From a virus (taxonomy: Duplodnaviria; Caudoviricetes): a stretch of 32,162 nt of DNA. The notes under the pieces were generated by a model that saw only the letters and a program-made list of their open reading frames with translations, ran no database searches and had not been told where the DNA came from. Positions 26,662-32,162 of the stretch are shown piece by piece. The stretch is taken from positions 1 to 32,162 of the IMG/VR virus record IMGVR_UViG_3300032231_000014; one strand, 5' to 3'. The position numbers and the translations under genes were made by a program. How positions within the stretch are numbered: the first letter of the stretch is position 1; each line of letters begins with the position of its first letter.

Positions 26662-26858
26662 AAACGCCCAAGAACCCGACCCTCCGCAAATTGCGGAACA
26701 GAGGTCTTATCCCGATCCGATACCACGACGGTGAACAGAACCGACATGGCTGGATCGTGGAAGAACGCCAACGAGGCGCAATGACAGTGCGCCTGATTGG
26801 CGATGAGAGGAACCGACGGCTGACCTCCAACGAGGCCCGCTACGTGGTCACCCTCTAA
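26658..26858 (+). CDS. Hypothetical protein
   Basis: 66 aa; GGGGG SD. Confidence 0.6.
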   Translation: MKTPKNPTLRKLRNRGLIPIRYHDGEQNRHGWIVEERQRGAMTVRLIGDERNRRLTSNEARYVVTL

Positions 26859-26890
26859 CCCTAAGCAAACCACACTCAGGAGAGTGAATT

Positions 26891-27187
26891 ATGAACCTTG
26901 AATCTATGATCCTCAATTCTATCAGTGGGCTCACCAAAGACGAGCGTATCGGCCTTGTCATGCAACTGGCTGACCAGCTCGACGTACGAGCGCATGTCAT
27001 CACCACCGAGGAGGCCGAGTCGGTCGCCAGACGGGAGGTCCAGAAGGCCCTCTCAGAAGCAACCGCTCCAGTCATCCGGCACGGCGATGAAGTCAAGACC
27101 GAGCAGGGGACGGCACGAGCTGTCGTACTCAACGGCGAAGAGGAGGCTCTGCTCCAGAAGCTGTTCGAGGTGGCCAATGCCGCATAA
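26891..27187 (+). CDS. Hypothetical protein
   Basis: 98 aa; AGGAG SD. Confidence 0.65.
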   Translation: MNLESMILNSISGLTKDERIGLVMQLADQLDVRAHVITTEEAESVARREVQKALSEATAPVIRHGDEVKTEQGTARAVVLNGEEEALLQKLFEVANAA

Positions 27188-27422
27188 CAGACCACCGTGC
27201 AAATTCGAGCACTGCGACAACGAGCAGACCTACCCGGTCCTCGAAGTCTGCGCAACCTGCTACTCAGGGCTTCGGCTCTGGGTAGGCAGGTCCAAAGCCC
27301 AGAAAGATAAGCGCATGGGACAGTACCAACGAATGCAGGAGCGGATGGAATACCTGCAGGCAGGTCAGGGCTTGATGCCCGGCTACACCAAGAAGCAACG
27401 AACGAAAGGAGATAAGAAGTGA
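27177..27422 (+). CDS. Zinc-finger-like small protein
   Basis: 81 aa from ATG 27177 with GAGGT SD; CKFEHC...CATC. Confidence 0.6.
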   Translation: MPHNRPPCKFEHCDNEQTYPVLEVCATCYSGLRLWVGRSKAQKDKRMGQYQRMQERMEYLQAGQGLMPGYTKKQRTKGDKK

Positions 27423-27811
27423 GCGCGTTTCGCGTGACGATAACCGTCGGTGAAGGCGATCTCGGGAAGGTCCTCGCGGGCCTTACCCGGAAGCAGATCG
27501 CTGACGCCGACATCGTTCCCGTCAAGAACGAGCCGGAACCCGACGTGCAGCAGCGGAAGGTCTGCCCAACTGGTCGGGCTGCAGGGGCAACCATCCTCAT
27601 GAAAGGGGACCGAACGGATACCCCAAGTTTATCGAGCCTCCGCAATCTGCTTAGGTTTCATGAGGAACTTGAAGCGAGTCTCGGCATTGGCACCGTAACC
27701 CGATCCCATCTCACCGAAGTGGGCAGGAAGAAGATCGGATCGTTCCGGTCTGGGCTCATCACCAAACTCATCAAAGAGGGCTACCTCGTCTACGTCACAG
27801 GAGGCGAATGA
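27419..27811 (+). CDS. Hypothetical protein (possible C-terminal winged helix)
   Basis: 130 aa; GTGA overlap, AAGGAG SD; ...LITKLIKEGYL motif. Confidence 0.6.
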   Translation: MSAFRVTITVGEGDLGKVLAGLTRKQIADADIVPVKNEPEPDVQQRKVCPTGRAAGATILMKGDRTDTPSLSSLRNLLRFHEELEASLGIGTVTRSHLTEVGRKKIGSFRSGLITKLIKEGYLVYVTGGE

Positions 27812-28293
27812 TGACCATGACCTTGCTGAAAAACTCAACAGCACCTCGCCCTGAGCGCCGGAGCTTCTCCCGTTCTTTGTACGACGCCATCGAGTCCAAC
27901 GCAGGCCCGTCCACGATAGAACAGGTGATCTCACTCCTGCCTGCCACAGACGACGCTGACAAGTGGAACACGTCCACCCCTGACCGAGTGACTCAGCTCC
28001 TCAAGAGCGCCGAGTCTCACGGCTACGTGCAGTACGACGAAGCGTCCCAGCGCTGGAAGCTCGCCACCAAGCAGTGGTACGAGCAACGGCAGGCGCACAT
28101 CGCAGAGCAGCGAATGGCTCGGGATATGAAGCCCGGCCCGCTCAAGTTCGTCAAGCGCCCAGAGGCTCTCACTCCTCTCGGCTACTCCAGCAATCAGATG
28201 CTGCTCGCCTTCCTCGGAGGCATGAGCGCAATGATCATACTGGAGCTGGCTGTAATAGGCGTGGCCGCGCTGCTCGTCACAGGGGGTGGATGA
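27808..28293 (+). CDS. Putative winged-helix protein with C-terminal transmembrane segment
   Basis: 161 aa; TIEQV...VTQLLKSAESHGYVQY...RWKL; hydrophobic C-terminus. Confidence 0.6.
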   Translation: MMTMTLLKNSTAPRPERRSFSRSLYDAIESNAGPSTIEQVISLLPATDDADKWNTSTPDRVTQLLKSAESHGYVQYDEASQRWKLATKQWYEQRQAHIAEQRMARDMKPGPLKFVKRPEALTPLGYSSNQMLLAFLGGMSAMIILELAVIGVAALLVTGGG

Positions 28294-28511
28294 TGGGCAC
28301 CAACAAGGAGCTGGCTGACATCATCTCCGAGTACGGGCTCACCCGTCTGGAGGCAGCCAACCTGATGATGGTCAACAAGGCGACAGTGGACCGATACCTG
28401 TCGCCGAAGACCAAGGGCAAGCTGGTCAACCCGACCTACCGGAACATGCCGACGTTCAGGCTGAAGCTACTGGTGGACGGGCTGCGCGGGCGCAAGAAGG
28501 TGCTGTCATGA
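28290..28511 (+). CDS. Cro/XRE-like helix-turn-helix protein
   Basis: 73 aa from ATG 28290 (ATGA overlap); LADIISEYGLTRLEAANLMMVNKATVDRYLS fits the HTH pattern. Confidence 0.7.
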   Translation: MMGTNKELADIISEYGLTRLEAANLMMVNKATVDRYLSPKTKGKLVNPTYRNMPTFRLKLLVDGLRGRKKVLS

Positions 28512-28699
28512 GCGGGGAGATGAAGGGCTATCTGGTGATCACTCTCATCGGGCTCTGCTTCATGTACGGGCTGGGAGTGTGGGTGGGCCAGCGAATGGTC
28601 TGCCCTCCCCCGCCAGAGGTCGAGGTGTGCCGGCTGATGCTGCCTCCCGTGCTGGAGGACCCACAACAATCTGTACCAATAGGGAGGAACCCGGAATGA
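28508..28699 (+). CDS. Small membrane protein
   Basis: 63 aa; N-terminal hydrophobic helix, Pro-rich tail; coupled on both sides. Confidence 0.6.
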   Translation: MSGEMKGYLVITLIGLCFMYGLGVWVGQRMVCPPPPEVEVCRLMLPPVLEDPQQSVPIGRNPE

Positions 28700-28914
28700 G
28701 TGACGACAAAGAACTCTGGGAGAAACTGGAGCGCGAGGCCGACACGCGAGCCGTCGTGGCAGCAGCCAAGCTCTACAAGCTCCGCCTGTTCGAGCAGGAG
28801 TCCATGGGGACAGTCAGCGCCACCCGCGTACCCGGCGGGTGGGTGATCTCCAACGCCATCGGCGGGATGTGCTTCGTGCCATTCAACAACGAGTTCCAGA
28901 AAATCCACATCTGA
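28696..28914 (+). CDS. Hypothetical protein
   Basis: 72 aa from ATG 28696 with GGAGG SD; RVPGGWV...FVP motif. Confidence 0.65.
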   Translation: MSDDKELWEKLEREADTRAVVAAAKLYKLRLFEQESMGTVSATRVPGGWVISNAIGGMCFVPFNNEFQKIHI

Positions 28915-28933
28915 AGCCCATCAACAAAAAGTG

Positions 28934-28962
28934 TTGACAGCTTCCAATGGAAGCCCTAAGAT
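28934..28962 (+). promoter_or_regulatory. Sigma70 promoter P3 with operator in the spacer
   Basis: TTGACA 28934-28939, 17 nt, TAAGAT 28957-28962; GCTTCCAATGGAAGC 28940-28954. Confidence 0.8.
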
Positions 28963-29020
28963 GTCTTCACCGTCACGACAGGGTGGCGGCTCAAACTAAG
29001 CAATGACCGAGGAGGTCAAC

Positions 29021-30211
29021 ATGAAAAACGGAATGTCACTCGAAGCTCTTCTCACTGAAGTAGTTCGCCAGAACACCTCGAAGAAAGATTTCACCGCATC
29101 CACCAAGGACGCTGTGAGGATGGTCGATCAGGAAGGTCAGCTCTGGATTGTTCTGCTCAAAGATGGGTCAGGTGAGTTGGAACGTTTCGGCATCACCGAG
29201 AACGCGCATCGTCAGATCGCTACTCGTCTCGGTATCCCATGGAAGTACTACCAGCGACTGCTGAACGATCACCGCGATCTGGTGATTGCTCAGGTCAACG
29301 CTCTCTTCGAGCGTGAGCCAGAGTCTCGGCTGCTGCGCGTACTCGACGGCAAGGTCCGGGCTTTCCTGTCCAACCGTTACCGTCGGCTCGACAATGCTGA
29401 GGTGCTGGAGCAAACGCTTCCCGGCATCATCAAGGGCGACATCGCTACCACGATGCTCTCCAGCAACGTCGGCGAAAACAAGATGCACCTCAAGGTGCTC
29501 CTCACTGACGACTCGCTGGCTATCGACCTCGGAGATACTCCGCACGGTCGCAGCACCAACGGCTGGGACGTGACCACCGAAGACGTAGACGAGCAGCACA
29601 GAGTGATCGCCAAGCGCGACGCTGGCCGCGACATCGTCCGCCCGGGATTCGTCCTCTCGAACTCAGAGACGGGCCACGGCTCCCTGAGCATCAAGGGCTT
29701 CCTGTTTCGCTCGTACTGCCTGAACGGCTGCGTGTGGGGCGTCGAGGATGCCTTCTCCTTCAGCCGCAACCACGTGGGTGGCAAGCTGATCGAAGGGCAG
29801 GACTTCGAGGTCTTCACTGACGAGACGAAGAAGAAGCAGGACGAGGTGATCATCGCCGAGGTGAACGACGCGATGCAGACCATGGTCAACCCGGATCGGG
29901 TCCGCGCCATGGGCGAGCGCCTGAGGGCCATCAAGAACGGCGAGCAGGTACAGGACGCATTCGCGGCTGTCGATGCGCTGGCCAAAGAGGTGGATCTGCG
30001 CGAGTCCGAGAAGGAGTCCATCCTGACCAACTTCCTGAAGGACGGCGACTTCTCCCAGTGGGGCATGACCAATGCGGTCACCGAGTTGGCGAACGAAGAC
30101 GACGTGTCCTACGAACGCGCAACCGAGCTGGAGACCGTCGGCGCACAGATCATTCAGATGAATGCTCAGCGCTGGCTGAAGGTCGCAACGGCAGAGAAGG
30201 TCGCTGCCTAA
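29021..30211 (+). CDS. DUF932-like phage/plasmid protein
   Basis: 396 aa from ATG 29021 (GGAGG SD); AHRQIAxRLGIP..YY, RAFLSxRYRRLDN, SNSETGHGSL...CLNG, WGxxNAVT motifs. Confidence 0.75.
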   Translation: MKNGMSLEALLTEVVRQNTSKKDFTASTKDAVRMVDQEGQLWIVLLKDGSGELERFGITENAHRQIATRLGIPWKYYQRLLNDHRDLVIAQVNALFEREPESRLLRVLDGKVRAFLSNRYRRLDNAEVLEQTLPGIIKGDIATTMLSSNVGENKMHLKVLLTDDSLAIDLGDTPHGRSTNGWDVTTEDVDEQHRVIAKRDAGRDIVRPGFVLSNSETGHGSLSIKGFLFRSYCLNGCVWGVEDAFSFSRNHVGGKLIEGQDFEVFTDETKKKQDEVIIAEVNDAMQTMVNPDRVRAMGERLRAIKNGEQVQDAFAAVDALAKEVDLRESEKESILTNFLKDGDFSQWGMTNAVTELANEDDVSYERATELETVGAQIIQMNAQRWLKVATAEKVAA

Positions 30212-30285
30212 CCCATAGAGTGGGCGACCGCTGCCTACAAGTGACAAGACGCGGCGAGCGGGTGGAAGGCCCGCTTCGACTTATA

Positions 30286-30401
30286 GACCCCGCCGGTAAT
30301 CAGGCCGGAGACGAGACCCCTACGGTGTAACCGTGCCGGCCATGGAAACGGGCGGCGTGACGCAGGGGAGAGAACAGGTTCGATGCCTGTCGGGGTCGCC
30401 A
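30286..30401 (+). ncRNA. tRNA-like structured RNA (116 nt, no canonical anticodon arm)
   Basis: 7-bp acceptor-like stem GACCCCG/CGGGGTC, discriminator G, encoded CCA, T-arm ACAGG-TTCGATG-CCTGT, D-like hairpin CCGG-TAATCAGG-CCGG. Confidence 0.6.
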
Positions 30402-30420
30402 CTTCCCCAAGGAGACAACA

Positions 30421-30969
30421 ATGAACACTCTAATTATTCACCCGAAGGACCCGACCACAGAGTTCCTTCGCCCAATCTACGAAGACCGAGACGTGATGAC
30501 TGTCGTCCGGGGCAAGGCTACGAGGCACGAGACCTCAGTCATGATCGACAAGTGCCAGACTCCCATGATGATGGGTCACGGCTCTCCCGCCGGCCTCTGG
30601 GGCGTTGGACAGTTCGCCCGGAGCTTCGCCATCGACGGCTACTTCATCCAGAACCTGCAGCAGAAGGTGGGCGTCTACATCTGGTGCAACGCTGACCAGT
30701 TCGTGCGCAAGCACAAGCTGTCCGGCTTCTACACTGGCATGTTCATCAGCGAGAGCTGCGAGGCATGGACGTGTGGCGTGAACGCCTTCAGGCACGAGGT
30801 GACGGAGTCTAACGACCTGTTTGCCGAGCTGATGGGCGAAGCCACGGGTCCGGCGGACATGTTCCATCTGGCCATGACGGAGTACGCCGAGCTGGCAGAG
30901 CACAACCCGGTCGCGGCCTATAACCTTGACCGGATGTACTTCGCTCCGCCGGCAGGGATGATCCACTGA
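30421..30969 (+). CDS. Hypothetical protein, possible caspase/gingipain-fold (clan CD) peptidase
   Basis: 182 aa with AAGGAG SD; MMMGHGS and YIWCNA motifs. Confidence 0.6.
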   Translation: MNTLIIHPKDPTTEFLRPIYEDRDVMTVVRGKATRHETSVMIDKCQTPMMMGHGSPAGLWGVGQFARSFAIDGYFIQNLQQKVGVYIWCNADQFVRKHKLSGFYTGMFISESCEAWTCGVNAFRHEVTESNDLFAELMGEATGPADMFHLAMTEYAELAEHNPVAAYNLDRMYFAPPAGMIH

Positions 30970-31055
30970 TGGTGGGGAGGGCAGGATTTGAACCTGCGCG
31001 TGATGTTGCAGATTTACAGTCTGCCGCCTTCGACCTGACTCGGCTCCACCTCCCC
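30970..31055 (-). tRNA. tRNA-Tyr (GUA)
   Basis: Acceptor GGGGAGG/CCTCCCC-A-CCA; anticodon arm GCAGA-CTGTAAA-TCTGC; T-arm GCAGG-TTCAAAT-CCTGC; D-stem GCC/GGC. Confidence 0.92.
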
Positions 31056-31111
31056 GGATCAAGCAGCAAAGAGCGTCAGCGCACGGCGGACGTTCTCAGC
31101 CTCCACGAGCT

Positions 31112-31549
31112 TCAGGTATTGCCAATGGCGGATCGCTTGCGCCCCCTGGCAGGCAATGTCCTCCGGGGGGATTCTGTTGAGGATGTCACAACCACGATCT
31201 GCTGACCCGTCAGCATCTCGAACACCCCGCGCTTGAAGCGTTCTTGGTACGTGTCGCGACCCTTCACGTCCTCTATGATCTTTGACCATGTTCCACTCTC
31301 CTCTCGCACCTCATAGCTGAAATCGTCCGTCCACGTCGATCTCCTGCCATTGGGGTAACCGTGAGATCGGATCAGTAATGGTCGGTCATTGAGTTCCAGC
31401 CTGTGCTTGGTGTGTACCTTGAGGTGGCGGATCATGCCCACTTTTTGTTGATCCTTCAAGAAGACATATCGCTCGAATTCCAGCTTGGAGTCGAAGATGA
31501 TGCCATCATGAGCGACCCTGGCGAAGTTCCGATTACCAGTGCGGGTCAT
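31112..31549 (-). CDS. DUF1064-like PD-(D/E)xK endonuclease
   Basis: DGIIFDSKLEFERY...DDFSY...IIEDVKG; start refined to ATG 31549. Confidence 0.8.
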   Translation of the reverse strand: MTRTGNRNFARVAHDGIIFDSKLEFERYVFLKDQQKVGMIRHLKVHTKHRLELNDRPLLIRSHGYPNGRRSTWTDDFSYEVREESGTWSKIIEDVKGRDTYQERFKRGVFEMLTGQQIVVVTSSTESPRRTLPARGRKRSAIGNT

Positions 31550-31652
31550 CCTCGTCCCATTCCTTCGCAAGGCTGACGATCCAAGCAACGAAGCAGCACA
31601 CCACAAGGAGCACCCCAACCACTACGCCGAATGCGAACGAGCCCCAGCTCAC
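31533..31652 (-). CDS. Small membrane peptide
   Basis: 39 aa from GTG 31652 (GTGA overlap); one hydrophobic helix plus an acidic tail. Confidence 0.5.
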   Translation of the reverse strand: MSWGSFAFGVVVGVLLVVCCFVAWIVSLAKEWDEDDPHW

Positions 31653-31981
31653 GCCTTCAGACCCTCGAACATCTGCGCCATCCTGAAGATGTCGTAGCCG
31701 AGCAGCTCCCTGACCTCCTCCAGATAGCCCCACTGGCTGCCGAACCGCTTCTCCCATGTCTCCACCCCCATGCCGCTGTCGATCCCGTGAGAGCCCGTGT
31801 GGAGGCTTTCATGCAGGGGGATCTGTAGCCACGGGTTCTGCTTCTGGGCCACGCCTACGTGCCAGCCACGGAGCTTCATAGAGCCGCCGTGGCAATGGTG
31901 CAGCGTCACCGGGGTCATCTCGGTCACAATGCACGGTAGAGTCCTGAGGTTCTTCTGGTGCTGGGTGACGCTGATGTCCAT
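31649..31981 (-). CDS. Ref/DUF968-like HNH-type nuclease
   Basis: LPCIVT...TLHH...IPLHESLHTG...WEKRFGSQ pattern. Confidence 0.65.
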   Translation of the reverse strand: MDISVTQHQKNLRTLPCIVTEMTPVTLHHCHGGSMKLRGWHVGVAQKQNPWLQIPLHESLHTGSHGIDSGMGVETWEKRFGSQWGYLEEVRELLGYDIFRMAQMFEGLKA

Positions 31982-32161
31982 CTACTCGACCGTCACCGTG
32001 ACATTCGTCACTGCGTTGGGCGCATTCGGGTTGATCGTCGCCGCCTCCAGATGCGGAGGGCTGGACTGGTCCATCTGATCCAGCACCGTCAGCCGGAACT
32101 GGTACGTTCCGGGCTCCAGCTCGGTGATCACTGCCTCTTGAGCAGCATCCCCTGCCACAGT
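31982..32161 (-). CDS. Fibronectin type III-like protein, C-terminal part (starts outside the window)
   Basis: Hand translation ...AVITELEPGTYQFRLTVLDQMDQSS...PNAVTNVTVTVE*; the LEPGTYxF motif is typical of FN3. Confidence 0.65.
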   Translation of the reverse strand, partial: TVAGDAAQEAVITELEPGTYQFRLTVLDQMDQSSPPHLEAATINPNAPNAVTNVTVTVE

Positions 32162-32162
32162 G

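Noticed and set aside
25580-28954. GCTTCC-N3-GGAAGC repeats as a CRISPR array or terminators
   Set aside because: Only 15 bp, irregularly spaced, located in promoters and without U-tracts; an operator fits better
30286-30401. Interpretation as tmRNA or as an ordinary tRNA
   Set aside because: Too short for tmRNA, with no tag ORF and no G3:U70 pair; no canonical anticodon stem-loop
30900-30969. tRNA-associated HDV-like (theta) ribozyme or attachment site at the tRNA 3' end
   Set aside because: The trailer is coding sequence of the opposite gene, I could not build the nested pseudoknot, and no integrase or duplicated tRNA end is visible
30535-31289. Minus-strand ORFs 30535-31062 and 31059-31289
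   Set aside because: The first runs through the tRNA and antisense to a better gene; the second largely overlaps the DUF1064-like gene with no clear start

Overview
This window is part of a GC-rich tailed dsDNA phage (Caudoviricetes) genome or prophage. No integrase, reverse transcriptase or CRISPR array is visible. The minus strand from about 25.5 kb down to position 1 is a tightly coupled late operon. It runs from small terminase through a roughly 14 kb accessory block to large terminase, portal, GroES-like co-chaperonin, acidic scaffold, major capsid protein (MCP) and head-completion/virion genes. The accessory block holds many tiny ORFs, a collagen-containing chimera, two HxH-type 2OG-Fe(II) oxygenase-like genes flanking a vWA gene, and three large interrelated beta-rich structural-type proteins. 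The plus strand from 25.6 to 31 kb is an early-type region. It has three sigma70-like promoters tied to four copies of a GCTTCC-N3-GGAAGC operator, a Cro-like HTH gene, a DUF932-like gene, a 116-nt tRNA-like structured RNA ending in CCA and a possible clan-CD protease. A tRNA-Tyr(GUA) and nuclease genes converge on this region from the right. The most striking observation is two miniature ORFs between TerS and TerL that look like cut-down copies of core virion proteins: a Tat-motif protein carrying two MCP segments, and a terminase Q-motif plus Walker-B mini-protein. These could be decoys against defences that sense structural proteins. All protein family calls come from motif recognition by eye, not database searches.
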